DNA of 62,681 bases from Welwitschia mirabilis (Eukaryota): NCBI GenBank assembly GCA_051453625.1, contig JBOZIK010000001.1:15533778-15596458 (forward strand), written 5' to 3'. Numbering within the stretch: position 1 is the stretch's first letter; each line of letters starts with the position of its first letter. Positions 40,546 to 54,329 of this stretch are shown here, one piece after another. The notes beneath the pieces are model-generated. The model ran no database searches. It saw only the letters and a program-made list of their open reading frames with translations, and was not told the DNA's origin. Made by a program: the position numbers and the translations under genes.

Positions 40546-41984
40546 TTAGTTAGCTATTGTCTAAATTCTTTCTTAACTGATTCCTTAGGTAGACATCATC
40601 CTATTACTTAATCATTTTTAACTTGACTTAGAAATTACCTTATGAAGTTACCATGATTAGTAATCTATTACTTGGGCATTCTTAGTGATAAGATTGGATT
40701 CACTAAATCTTAAGACATTCATATATTTATGAACTTCATTTTAAAGGAAGATGCCTTGATTCTTTTGTTTTCTCTCAATGGTATGAGTGACTAGTTACTT
40801 TAGCATGTTCTTTCTTGTTATTTATCTCCTCACTTCACTTTTATCCTTATGANNNNNNNNNNNNNNNNNNNNNNNNNNNNNNNNNNNNNNNNNNNNNNNN
40901 NNNNNNNNNNNNNNNNNNNNNNNNNNNNNNNNNNNNNNNNNNNNNNNNNNNNNNNNNNNNNNNNNNNNNNNNNNNNNNNNNNNNNNNNNNNNNNNNNNNN
41001 NNNNNNNNNNNNNNNNNNNNNNNNNNNNNNNNNNNNNNNNNNNNNNNNNNNNNNNNNNNNNNNNNNNNNNNNNNNNNNNNNNNNNNNNNNNNNNNNNNNN
41101 NNNNNNNNNNNNNNNNNNNNNNNNNNNNNNNNNNNNNNNNNNNNNNNNNNNNNNNNNNNNNNNNNNNNNNNNNNNNNNNNNNNNNNNNNNNNNNNNNNNN
41201 NNNNNNNNNNNNNNNNNNNNNNNNNNNNNNNNNNNNNNNNNNNNNNNNNNNNNNNNNNNNNNNNNNNNNNNNNNNNNNNNNNNNNNNNNNNNNNNNNNNN
41301 NNNNNNNNNNNNNNNNNNNNNNNNNNNNNNNNNNNNNNNNNNNNNNNNNNNNNNNNNNNNNNNNNNNNNNNNNNNNNNNNNNNNNNNNNNNNNNNNNNNN
41401 NNNNNNNNNNNNNNNNNNNNNNNNNNNNNNNAATTATGGTTAAAGAAAGCTATCTTATTATTATTTTTGCATATTTTTCTCTTATTAATTTATTTATAAA
41501 TTACTAATTATTTTATGTAAATCATTCTAAGTTATCACTACTTAATTTATAAATATCACTCTGAATTTTCACTACTACATACATACATCATCATTGTTTG
41601 ATTTATTATGATTATATCTTATGATGATTTTTAGTGTGTGACATTCAATCATTTCCTTGGGATGTGTTAAAATTTTAAGTGAGGAGCTAATGGCGATTTT
41701 AGCACTTGGATTTTTTTGATGATCATGTTCATAGTTATTCAATTTTAATTTTAGTTTTAAAATCCTATTATCCCCATTATTGTCCTCATGATAGAGGGAA
41801 TGATAGATTTGTTATGCATCCTACAAAGGTATTATGTCAATTTTTGATATTTAATCCTATATGATTTATATTTCTAAACTCAATTTAGATTTCCCTAGTC
41901 ATTGTTTATCTTAGTAAAATTAGCTCACAAATTATAGTTACTTGCTTACTTTGTCAGGAACTAACATGACTAAGTGGAGGACTA

Positions 41985-43271
41985 TGTTGTGATGTTAAAT
42001 TTTATGATTTTGATTTGGTATTTAACTACTTTAATAGGATATTTATAAGTTTAGATGTAATTTTTATGATTATGAAAAGTTGATGAAATGATCACTAAAA
42101 CATACAATTCTTGACACATTTAGGCATATTCTAATACGTAGTGTTTTAAAGGAAAAATCAATGATGCAGAAGACTAATTTTTCTTAATCTAAAAAGATAA
42201 AGAATACTATCATTCCTTCTGTCATTCCCATGATAGTGAGGATGAGAGCCTTGCTAACATGAAGTAAAGCCAAAAGCCGATGAGAAGCTAAAAGCCATGT
42301 TAAGCATATCTAAGGAGGTTTCATCCTAGTTGTAATCTCCACAACACACAATATGATAGCATTGTTGACATGGACAAAAACCATGAAGTTGACTATAGAG
42401 CTAGAGGATGATGACTCACCTTTTATTGTGGAGTATCCTTTCCATTGTTGTCCCCATGATAATTAGAATGACAAAACAAAAAATGAATTTCTTTATAATG
42501 AGATTACATGTCCCATTAGGTTTCTAGGGTTTCACCTCTAAAAAATTATAAATATCCCTCTTTCCTTCACTTTCTTTTCATCTTTTATACTTAATATTAT
42601 TGTGATAGAAGATTAAAGGATAAGAGATTCATTCATTAGCTATAGAAAGAAGATTTCTTTGGTGTTGGGCTAAGTATCCTCTATTTAGATGCTACTACTT
42701 TGTTTGTAAATGGATGTTAATTAATGATTAATATAAGAACTCTTTTCACTTTTATTGTGTAAACCACTCTTATGGTTTAAGTTGATTATGATTTTATAAC
42801 AACTTCATAGTTTATTTAGGTTATAATAATAACCTTCATTAAGATTGATATTGTTACTTTAGATTTACATTTATTTTATTTAATTTTCATAATTACATAT
42901 TCTATTTGATATATCTTATAGCTTATTTTAGTTAGGGATAAGTGACAACTCCTTGTAATTAATCTAAGTTATAAGAACTAATTTTGATGACAAGAAGATT
43001 AGTAGTGAAATAAATTTAACATTTATTACATTTGAATTTTTTCATCATTCGTCTTGCATTGCATTTACATTATTCCTTATTTTATTTACTAAAAGGAAAA
43101 AGACTAAAGATACGTTGATGAAATCAATCTCTAACTTCTCACCTAATGCCTTCAATAGATTACAACATTCAGGTTGATTCCCTTCTAGACTAGTGTGTGT
43201 TTTATTACAAGTGTTATGATTTACAGGTTTTACATAAATACTTAAAGATTGTATAGCTTCATAATGAAATA
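41985..43271 (+). repeat. 3' LTR of element D
   Basis: PPT GACTAAGTGGAGGACTA then TGTTGTGATG; homologous to the LTRs at 45718 and 53014. The right end is degenerate and approximate. Confidence 0.82.
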
Positions 43272-45420
43272 ATAATAATAAAAATATTTAAAATTTATTA
43301 AATAACATTCTAATAACATAGTTAAAGAAATAAAAACATACTTGAACCTATGTCAATTCTAGAAACATTCTTTCATGCTTATGTGACAATCTTCATGGAT
43401 TGATGCAAGGAAGGTAAGCAAAAGAACATATAGCTCAAGCATAATTGTTAAGATATAAAACTTTATTCAATATTCATATGACTACATGATAAGTCAAATA
43501 AAAAAATTATAAGTGAAAGACTACTTTTATTACTTAAACTACTAAGGTAAAAACTCTTAAAAGCATGCACATTTCAAGTGAGCTAAAGAAAAAGGATAAA
43601 ATAGCTATTTTTACAAATAAATACCACTTATATGTAATTTTACTTAAATTTCCTAATATAAACATATTTTATATACTCAATTCCCATTAAAAAATGTGTG
43701 TAGTAATTTTTTTAATAATTTTAAACATTAATTATAACATTTTTGGGCTCTAAAGACAGATCATAATTAAAATTAATAATTAATTAATTATTAAGCTAAA
43801 AATTTTAGTAGTTTTTAAAAACTAGATAATAATAGGATTCTTAAAATCTAACTTAATCTATTNNNNNNNNNNNNNNNNNNNNNNNNNNNNNNNNNNNNNN
43901 NNNNNNNNNNNNNNNNNNNNNNNNNNNNNNNNNNNNNNNNNNNNNNNNNNNNNNNNNNNNNNNNNNNNNNNNNNNNNNNNNNNNNNNNNNNNNNNNNNNN
44001 NNNNNNNNNNNNNNNNNNNNNNNNNNNNNNNNNNNNNNNNNNNNNNNNNNNNNNNNNNNNNNNNNNNNNNNNNNNNNNNNNNNNNNNNNNNNNNNNNNNN
44101 NNNNNNNNNNNNNNNNNNNNNNNNNNNNNNNNNNNNNNNNNNNNNNNNNNNNNNNNNNNNNNNNNNNNNNNNNNNNNNNNNNNNNNNNNNNNNNNNNNNN
44201 NNNNNNNNNNNNNNNNNNNNNNNNNNNNNNNNNNNNNNNNNNNNNNNNNNNNNNNNNNNNNNNNNNNNNNNNNNNNNNNNNNNNNNNNNNNNNNNNNNNN
44301 NNNNNNNNNNNNNNNNNNNNNNNNNNNNNNNNNNNNNNNNNNNNNNNNNNNNNNCTATTTGGGAATTCTAAACATGTTATTTCTAAGTTTATTTATTAAA
44401 TTTTATAAGGTTACAGTCTTCCTGCATTACATAAAAATGATCATAACTTTCAAAATGCTTTGAGTATTTAAATGACTCAATATTTTTTGAAAATCTCATT
44501 TAATTTCGTATAACTTAGGATGCTCAAATTTGTAGATATGTTAATATATAGGTATAGAAATGTAAATTTCTTGCTTACTATTTTATGCATTTAAGTTTTT
44601 AATGTATTTTAACAAATAAACTTTTTAAAAATAGTTACCGATTACAAAAATTATTTTTTTTACATTTTCACTTTCATAACATAACCCTAGACTTATAAAA
44701 ATTGTTTACTAATTTATACCTACTAATTAATAAGATATAATGTTTTTATCCCATGCCTCTATTTTGGAAATTTAACTTTTTCCATAATAAAAATATGATA
44801 AAGTTTTTCTTACTAGTTAAATAATAACATATATCATTAAAATAATAGATATGCTAACTAATTACTTACAAAAATAAAAATCATCATAGAAAGAAAAATC
44901 AAATCAATTCAAAATAAATAATTTATTATAAACCTTGGGACTTCCATGAAAGAGTACTAGCGTAAAGAGATTTTTTGAGGATCAAGCTTTACCCCTAATT
45001 AGATCATTCTAGCATATAATTTATTTAAAATATATAATAATAAAATAAACATGGGTATCTAAATTTCTTTTTTTTNNNNNNNNNNNNNNNNNNNNNNNNN
45101 NNNNNNNNNNNNNNNNNNNNNNNNNNNNNNNNNNNNNNNNNNNNNNNNNNNNNNNNNNNNNNNNNNNNNNNNNNNNNNNNNNNNNNNNNNNNNNNNNNNN
45201 NNNNNNNNNNNNNNNNNNNNNNNNNNNNNNNNNNNNNNNNNNNNNNNNNNNNNNNNNNNNNNNNNNNNNNNNNNNNNNNNNNNNNNNNNNNNNNNNNNNN
45301 NNNNNNNNNNNNNNNNNNNNNNNNNNNATTATTAGCCTTAAAATATTTAATCTTAAGTCTTGAAATTTGGGACGTGACATTTCTCCACCTCTTTAAAAAG
45401 TTTCGTCCTCGAAACTAAAA
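43272..45420 (-). mobile_element. Chromovirus (Tekay/Del-like) Ty3/gypsy 3' end: PPT plus LTR remnant, left boundary uncertain
   Basis: Minus strand TTTCGAGGACGAAACTTTTTAAAGAGGTGGAGAAA followed by TGTCACGTCCC (LTR start at 45379), the characteristic chromovirus pre-PPT/PPT/LTR junction. Two gaps lie inside. Confidence 0.6.
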
Positions 45421-45717
45421 ATTGATAAAATATTTTACCTCTTGAACTATGCTGATTCCACTTATACCATGAAAGTTGCTCATTTAACCAGTTGTTGAGT
45501 AGTAAAAATAAATATTCTTAATGCATTTTGCATACAAATCAGTCATGCTTTTACATGTATCATGTTGTTGACACCTTGAAACTTGTAGGATCCAGTCTCT
45601 TAACTTGCATTATCATTTTTTTAATAGATTTGTCATTTTTATTACAATTGCTTACTCATGAACTTTATCCACTAAGTTTTTAATTAGTATTGGATCTTCA
45701 GTTGGTTCATCACCCTT

Positions 45718-47019
45718 TGTTATGATGCCAATTTGTAGGAATTTGATGGTGTATTTGGAGTACTTTTGAAAGACATTTATACAAGTTTTAATGTAATTTT
45801 GATGATTACAGAGAGTTAATGGGATGATCACGGAAATACATAATTCTTTACACATTTATGTTCTAGTACTTAGTATGTTGGAGGAAGGTTAATGATGAAG
45901 AAGGCTACTTTGCTTTAATTGCAGAGCTTTAGAAGGATGTCATCTTCATTGTCATTCCCATGATAGATAGGATGATAACACTACATTAGCCTATTTCAAT
46001 AGCAATGTGGACTGGAACTTGAAGCCAATAAATCCCCTTTTCTAAGTAGGTATCATCCCCATTATTGTCCCCATGAAATGAGGAATAATAACACATCTAA
46101 AGCTAACTACGGGACTGATTGTGAAGCCAGAAACTAATGATTTATCTATTATTAAGAGGAATCATACCCACTATCATCCACAACTATTTTGTATAATTAT
46201 CTTGTAATGGGATCATGCACCTCACTCGGGATACTAGTGTTTCTTCTCTAAATTTTAGGGTTATGGTCTTAGAAATTTTAATGTAAAACTATAAATGCCT
46301 CCCTTATCCTTACTTCCAATTCATCTTTTATACTCAATGCTCTTGTGATAAAAGACTAAAAGATAAGAGGTCCATTTAGTAGCTACAGAGAAAAGATCCC
46401 TTGGTGTTGGGTTGAATCTCTTCCATTGAGGTGCTACTACTTTGTTGTAAGTGGATGTAAAGTTCTATGATTAATTCAAATACTATTTTAACTCAAATTC
46501 TATTTATGTCCCTCATGGTTTAAGTTGGTTATAGTCTAGTAACAATTCTATAATCTATTTAGATCATAAGGGTAACCTTTATCAAGGTTGATTCTATTAG
46601 TTTAGATTTGTATTATTATTTCATTTCCATTCCACATTGCATTCCATATTCTATTTGGTATATCTCATAGTTCACATTGATTAGGAATAAGTACTCTTCT
46701 TAATTAATTTGATTTATAAAGAGCTAGTTCTTGTGATAGGAGAATTATGATCTTATATAATCTATTCCACTTTCACTTGCATTTCATCTCTATTCACTTT
46801 GCATTACATTTTACCTCATTATTTACTTTTAGTTATTAAAAGATAAAAAACTAAAAATACTTTTGGAGATCAATTTTATAACTCTAAGCCTAGTGCCTTC
46901 ATTGGGATTATGACATTTGGCTAAACTTCCATCTATACTAGCATGTGTTTTACTGTAAGTAGTTTGATTTATAGGTTTACCTAAAGGACTTTAGAATTGC
47001 ATAAATTTACACTATAACA
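45718..47019 (+). repeat. 5' LTR of element E
   Basis: TGTTATGATG...ACTATAACA followed by PBS TTTTGACACCATTGCCTAGG. Confidence 0.88.
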
Positions 47020-48039
47020 TTTTGACACCATTGCCTAGGAAGGTCGTAAGGAGCTAGATAATTATCACTATCTAGATAAGTACCTCAAATTTTCTATTCA
47101 AGTTATTTATTTAAAATAGTGCTATATTTTTAGCATAGTTTAAATTATGTTTATTTCAGCAATTTTCATTCTCCATAGTTTTAGGGATCCTTGTCATCCT
47201 CTCTATCATCCCCATGACATTGGGAACAACAATTCTAAAATTTCTAACTTATTTTCTATTTTATAAATTTTCTTTTTATTCATAGATCAGTAATAAAGGA
47301 ATTCTTTATCATCCTCATGATAGCCTAGATGACAATCTAATTTTCATTTTTTGTAATTTTATTTTAGAGTTTAGTTTTTCTATGATCATCATTCCCCCTG
47401 TTGTCTCCACAACTAAGTGAATGATAGTTTATTATTTTTTATTCCATTTTTCTATTTGTTATCTGAGCATGTAATTACATAGTGAATTCTAGTAGAAAAG
47501 ATAAAATATCAAAATTAGTAAAACTTAATTTAAGGAAATATCATAGAAGGATTATTTTACTTAAAGCAATACACATCCCAAGTATGCAAGTTTCAAAAAT
47601 TGAAGATTTTTTTTTTTTGGCTTTTTTAGAATCGGATTTTCCTTTTATCTTTATGATTATTTTGTTAGTTATTTTTATGATATTTAAAATAAAAGCCATT
47701 TCACATCTTTTAAGTGTTAAGGATCAAAAATTTTTAATAAAATAATGAAACATTAAAGAGGAAAAAACTTAATCTTCATTATATACTTATCTTCTTTATC
47801 ATCTTGAATTAAAATTCTTTTATTCTATTCTTCTCAATTGCATCAATGAATAGTAATAGAAGAACCATTAAGAAAAAATTTTTTAAAAGAAGAAGAAACT
47901 TGAAAAATTCTAAGGATAATAGTAATAAAACACTTTGAGAGATCTTTGCAGAAAAGGGGAGAAACATAAAATATTCCAAAGTTTATAGTGTTAAAACAAT
48001 TTAAGAGGTATTTAAAATAGAGAGAACAATACAAAATGT

Positions 48040-49610
48040 TATTGAGAGTAGGATTTAGGTCCCTTCCTATTTTTAATCTTCTTATTTATTTCCCTCTTTT
48101 TTTCAAACCTCATATAGAAATGACAATAAAAATTCTCTGCATTTTAGGGATTCCACCTCATTTAAACAAACTTCTCATAATCATTTTTATCAATCCCAAC
48201 CATCTTCCATGCATCACTATGAAGAAGAACCATTTCCTATGACCTACTATGAGAANNNNNNNNNNNNNNNNNNNNNNNNNNNNNNNNNNNNNNNNNNNNN
48301 NNNNNNNNNNNNNNNNNNNNNNNNNNNNNNNNNNNNNNNNNNNNNNNNNNNNNNNNNNNNNNNNNNNNNNNNNNNNNNNNNNNNNNNNNNNNNNNNNNNN
48401 NNNNNNNNNNNNNNNNNNNNNNNNNNNNNNNNNNNNNNNNNNNNNNNNNNNNNNNNNNNNNNNNNNNNNNNNNNNNNNNNNNNNNNNNNNNNNNNNNNNN
48501 NNNNNNNNNNNNNNNNNNNNNNNNNNNNNNNNNNNNNNNNNNNNNNNNNNNNNNNNNNNNNNNNNNNNNNNNNNNNNNNNNNNNNNNNNNNNNNNNNNNN
48601 NNNNNNNNNNNNNNNNNNNNNNNNNNNNNNNCATTAAAAGAAATGATTGATGAAATAATAAAGAATTAAGAAAGCACCAATAAGAACCTAGAAAATTTAG
48701 TTGAAATATTGCAGTAAACACTATTACAAATACAACATCCTCAAAACTATACTACTTTATGCTACCTTAAGAAAATAAGGAGATCTTAAAAGTAAATGAT
48801 AATGATCCTTGCTTTCAAATAGAAGAAGAAATTTTGGAATAAATTTCAACATCCTATTCATTAGTAGATGAGCAAAGAGGAGATAATAATAACTCAAACC
48901 AATATTTCAACAATTGGGATGAGGATGACCATTTATTAGATAATGATATTAAGGNNNNNNNNNNNNNNNNNNNNNNNNNNNNNNNNNNNNNNNNNNNNNN
49001 NNNNNNNNNNNNNNNNNNNNNNNNNNNNNNNNNNNNNNNNNNNNNNNNNNNNNNGAATCCCTTCCTATTTTCAATCATCTTATTTTTCCTCCTCTTCTTT
49101 TCAAAATTCATATAGAAATGACAACAAAACATTTCAACATTTTAGGAATTTCACCTCATTTATAGAAACTTCCTATAATTATTTTTATCAATTCCAACCA
49201 TCTTTCATGCATTACTATGAATAAGATGATCCACCTCCTATGAACTACTATCAGAAAGAAAAACATTTAATGAAAGAAATGATTGATGAAATGAAGAAAA
49301 TCCAAGAAAATAACAGCAAAAACCTAGAAAATTTGATTAAGATCTTTTAACAAATACTATTACAAAGTCAAGGTTCTTTTACAACACAACATCTTCAAAC
49401 CTATCCTAATACATCCTACCTTAAGGAAAATAATAAGAACTTAGAAAAAAATAATAATGATTCTTGCTTTTAAATAGAAAATAAAATTTTAGATTAATCC
49501 TCAATATCCTACTCATTAGGAGATAAGAAAAGGGGATACAACAATAAGTTAACTAAATTTTTTAATAATAAGAATAAGGATGATCATTATTAAATGATGA
49601 TATTGGGGTA
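48040..49610 (+). repeat. Internal ~1-kb tandem duplication in element E (degenerate gag-like C-terminal sequence)
   Basis: 48060-48255 matches 49058-49255, and 48632-48954 matches 49264-49606; diverged and partly gapped. Confidence 0.75.
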
Positions 49611-50684
49611 TTAGATTATATCTTTATCACTCATTTACCACTAAAAAATTTAGATGAAAAATCCATTCATACAGAATTTAAAAACTTTTTTAAATTCTGA
49701 TGAAGATAATGCTTACATTTCTCTTGGTGACTTTTTTAAGGAATCTAGCAACTTAGAGAATGAAATCCATACTTTATAATAGAAGGAAGATATAGTCATA
49801 AATAATGATAAGAAAAGTAAAGAAACAACCCATTGAAATAATGATAAAGATAATAATGAAAAAAATGACCACAATGAAGGATTCATAGAAATTCATTCAA
49901 ACTTCATAGAGGATAGATTTGTTCATTCTACTCATGCTTCTTCATCATTTTCACCTATGCCTTTATGTACAACTTCAAATCACATCATCCCTTCTACTTC
50001 TACTTCTACTTTTACATTGTTTTATGATCTTAATAAGGATAACATTTCTCCCTCTCTTCCATTTGAATATTCATGTAATTTTGAAATCCACCTTTCTTCC
50101 CTAGATTTTCATGAAACTCATAATTCTGAAGAGTCTATTTCTACTATCTCTCAATCTCTTTCTTTTAAAAATTCATGTGATATCAAAATAATATTCTTTT
50201 CTTTTCTACCAAGTCCACTTGATCTTGTGTTTTTAATTATTATTATTTTAAAAGTTTGACTTGGAATATCTTGGAATTTTAAAGTGGAATAAATATTATC
50301 TTCTTTAATGATAATCCATGCTTACAAATGAATCTTAAGGAGCTTCTTAATCTTATTAAACATTTTAAAAAGCCCTTTAATACTTCTTAGATTCATTCTT
50401 TAAATAGCGACTTTAATTAATCATAATAATACTCATGATTTTTAATGTTTTAATAAGAGATTATTTGTTAATGATATTTATCACTTTTTCATCTCTTATT
50501 TGGATTTTGAAATTTGTGCTATTAAAGTTTTATCTTTCTACTTTCTCTTCCTTTAATTGATTTTATTTCAAAATAATTGTATACCTTTTATGTTTTATCA
50601 ATTGGTTTCTATTTGTTTTTTCCCTTATTTTTTTTAAAAAGTAAAATATCCTAGTGCACCTTTTATACTATTAGCTAAGCCTCT

Positions 50685-50850
50685 TAATGGTTAGGTCCTT
50701 ATATTTTAGAAAAAGTACATCTTAAAAGGCTTAATTGAAATCTCCAACTTAACACTTAGAAATTTATAAATTAATGGATAGAAGGTTAAAAATAATTGAG
50801 ATACCTATCAATTAAATCTTGAACATGATAGAACTACTTGTCTTGAGTTT
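50685..50850 (+). pseudogene. Integrase C-terminal (GPY/F) remnant in element E
   Basis: WLGPYILEKVHL...ING.RLK; homologous to 36515-36680. Confidence 0.7.
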
Positions 50851-53013
50851 TTATCCTATCATTATCTAAATTATTTCTTAGATAATTCTTTTAGTGAATG
50901 TCATGTTATCACTTGAACATCTTTAACTTGATTGATGTTTTACTTTATAAAGTTACCATAACTAGTAAATATTTTACTTGGGCATTTTAAGTAATAATAT
51001 TAACTTCATCCAATATTTAGTCATTCATATGTCTATGAACTTATTTTAAAGGAAGATGTCTTTCTTCTTTTGTTCTCTTTCAATGGTGTGAGTAATTAGT
51101 TATTTTAACATGTTCTTCATTGTTATTTATCTCATCACTTTACTTTTTATTCTTATAAGCATGTAGTCATGTATGATCCACTATTAAAATTTTTTTTTAA
51201 AAAAAGGAAAAAGAAGAAATAAAGAAAGAAATGAAATAAATATGATGATATTTGATGTTATATCTCAAAACATGATCCCCATAATGTCCTACTACAAGTG
51301 CACTGGGGTGAATATTCCTGAGAGGGGCCTTTGGCAGTGCAATATGGCAGCTGTGAATACTCTATTAGGGGGTTAGTTGAACATGCTGTGTAAGTTCTTA
51401 CTCCTCTAATAGTGGTTGCACTCCCTCATAATGGTAGAATAATATTATACTTAGAGGCTATGAAATTAGTGATGTCCCTAGCATTATCAAAGGTATTTCT
51501 TGTTTTTTAGACTCATTTAATCTACTTATTTATAGTAATTCCACATGATTCTTTTTCTTTTTTGGATTATAGTGTTGTTTTAAAAATGATAGCTTGTAAA
51601 TTCCTATTTTAATAGCTTTTTATCTTATCATTCATTATTTGATAACATTAGACATATTTAACATCATCATAATCATTGTCTATTCAAGTGGAAATTTATG
51701 AATTTTTACATTATGTCATGCATTATTATTATATGATTCTATACTTTCTCCCAAGGAACTTTGATAGGGTGGAATTTTGGGTAGGTTAACAATCTTATTC
51801 ATGTTCTTAGTTGTCCATTTTCATTCTATTTTCCTCAATTGTTTTGTTTGAAATTTTTAAAGTCATTTATGTATCTTTTTTCATACACTAATTAGGACTT
51901 GATCATTTTGTAGTTTCATAGTTGTCTTTTTATTTTTACTCGTAGTTTTTAGTTATCAGGGTTGTTTTTCTTTTAAGCACTTTAATTTGATGCCTTCTTT
52001 TCACTTTGATTTATGTATTCCTTTTATTTTATGCTATTGTTTTTCCATTTCTTTGCTTTTGGTTTTGCATACATTTACTTACAAAATCTTGAATACTCAT
52101 TAAGTTTGAAATACATTTGAGAAGTTCTTCTAAGAATTTTCTTTGTTCTACTTAATGCATTATTATGGTCTCATAAGTCTTTTTCCCCATGGTTATGTTT
52201 TTTAGGATGATTCTTTACTTTTTACCTTCCTTCTATTTTTCTGCTACTTTTTTGACTACTTGTCTACTTTGAAAATTTTTTGAATTCTTTATAATCTAGT
52301 CACTATCATCCCACATCTATCATCCCCACAATAGACAAAATGATAGTCATCCTTTTTACTTTGTACAATTTGGAATGTCTTACTTCACTTGCGGGGGAGG
52401 GGGATTGAATAAATCTTTGAGCTTCTTATGAGATAATAAGTAAAAATTTATAATTTCACATTTAAAAGGATCATTTTGAGCTTTCACGATACATATTTAT
52501 GATAAGTTATTTGGATATGATTTTATGTTACTTAAATAAATTTTATGAACCTTATTTAGTATAGTAGCACACTCATTGAGTTTCCAACAGCTATGTTTTA
52601 GATCATCTAAAGAAAAAGAATGATTACTCTTTTACTTTGCTCTTATAGAAGACATTAATGAACTTTTCATGCATTGTTCTTTGAGATTATTACTACTTAA
52701 GCTTTACACATTAGTTTCAACATTACTTTCTCATATTATGCTTATACATATCATTTTCTGAACTATCATTGTTCCATTTTACAATTTGTTTATGTGTATG
52801 AAATTAATTTATTCTATTATAATGTGTTTAAGTAGGAGGCTTATGAATACAAAAGTAATTGTATTAGTTAATTAATTTTTGCTATCTATTCTTGCATGAT
52901 AAAATTAAACTCAAATTCCATTTTTCTAGTTGATGATCATATTAGTCAAATTAACTCACAATATAGTTGATTGCTTACTTTATTAGAAACTGCTAAGGCT
53001 AAGTAAGGGGCTA

Positions 53014-54329
53014 TGTTGTGATGCTAATTTTTAGTAAATTGATGGTCTATTTGGAGTAATTTTGTAGGAAATTTAAATAGGTTTGGAAGTAATTCTGATG
53101 ATTATGGTGATTCAATGAGATGATCATGGAAAAAAATAATTCTTGATACATTTGGAGGAATTTTAAGCATGTTCTAGTACTTAGTATATTGGAGGAAGAT
53201 CAATGATGAAGAAGGCTGATTTTCTTTGGTAAGAGAGCTTTGGAAGGGTGTCGCTCCCATTGTTGATCCCACAATAGATAAAACAATGGGACTCTATTAT
53301 CTTGTTGTAATAACAACTTGGACTGCAGCTTAGAGCCAATAAAGCCCTTTTTCTGAGTAGGTATCATTCTCATTATTATTCCCATGATATGAGGGATTAT
53401 AAGACCTCTGGAGCCAACTGTGAGGTTGATTATAGAGCTAAAAGATAACAACTTATCTATTATTAAGGGGCATTATTCCCACCATCATATCCACAACATT
53501 TAGGATGATAACTATTTGTATAAGTGGGACTATATTATCTTATAATGGGGTCATGTATCCTACTTGAGCTTCTAGGGTTTCTTCTCCAAATTTTAGGGTT
53601 ATAATTCAAGAAATTTTAATATAAAACTATCAATAACTCCCTTGTCCTTACATCTAATTCATCTTTTGTATCTAATGCTCTTATGATAGAAGACTAAAAG
53701 ATAAGAGGTCCATCCAGTAGCTACAGAGAGAATCTCCCTTGGCATTAGGATGAGTCTCTTCCATTAAGGTGCTGCTACTTTATTGTAAGTGGATGTAAAG
53801 TTTTATAATCAACTAAAATACTCTTTTTACACAAATTTTATTTATGTCCCTTATTATTTAAGTTAGTTCTAGTCTAGTAATAATTTTGTAATTTATTTAG
53901 GTCATAAGGGCAATTTTATCAAGGTTAATTCTATTAGTTTATATTTTCATTATTATTTCATTTCCATTCCACATTACATTACATGTTCTATTTGGTTTAT
54001 CTCATATTTTACACTGATTAGGAATAAGTAATTACTCTTCTTAATTGATTTAAATTATAGAGTGCTGGTTCTTATGATAGAAGAATTAAGATCTAATGCA
54101 TTTCATCTTCATTCACTTTGCATTACATTTTACTTTATTGTTTACTTTCAGTTATTAAAAAATAAAAATACTAAAAAATATCTTTGCAAATAAATTCTCT
54201 AACTCTGAGCCTAGTTCCTTCATTGGGATTACAACATTCAGATGAACTCCTATCTATACTAGTGTGGGTTTTTCTATAAGTAATTTTTACCTAAAGGACT
54301 TTAGGATTGCATAAATTCACACTGAAACA
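53014..54329 (+). repeat. 3' LTR of element E
   Basis: PPT GCTAAGTAAGGGGCTA then TGTTGTGATG...ACTGAAACA; aligns with 45718-47019. Confidence 0.88.

Larger units (their letters stand above)
36705..40548 (-). mobile_element. Circularly permuted Ty1/copia (Tork/Tnt1-like): pol-PPT-single LTR-PBS-gag, plus ~110 bp unassigned filler at the left end
   Basis: Minus-strand order from 40545 down: protease C-part, integrase, RT, RNase H, PPT, 314-bp LTR, Met-PBS, gag N-terminus ending ~36815. Host D sequence continues on both sides. Confidence 0.85.
30793..43271 (+). mobile_element. Athila-like element D (5' LTR mostly in gap, gag-pol, 3' UTR, 3' LTR), interrupted by a Copia
   Basis: LTR end 30793-30881 matches ~43183-43271; degenerate PBS ~30882-30900; complete domain order; PPT at 41968-41984. 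Confidence 0.82.
45718..54329 (+). mobile_element. Non-autonomous Athila-derived LTR element E (LARD-like)
   Basis: Paired ~1.3-kb LTRs, PBS 47020-47040 and PPT 52998-53013; ~6-kb interior with no recognisable PR, RT or RNase H; no TSD (ccctt vs gtatt). Confidence 0.82.
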
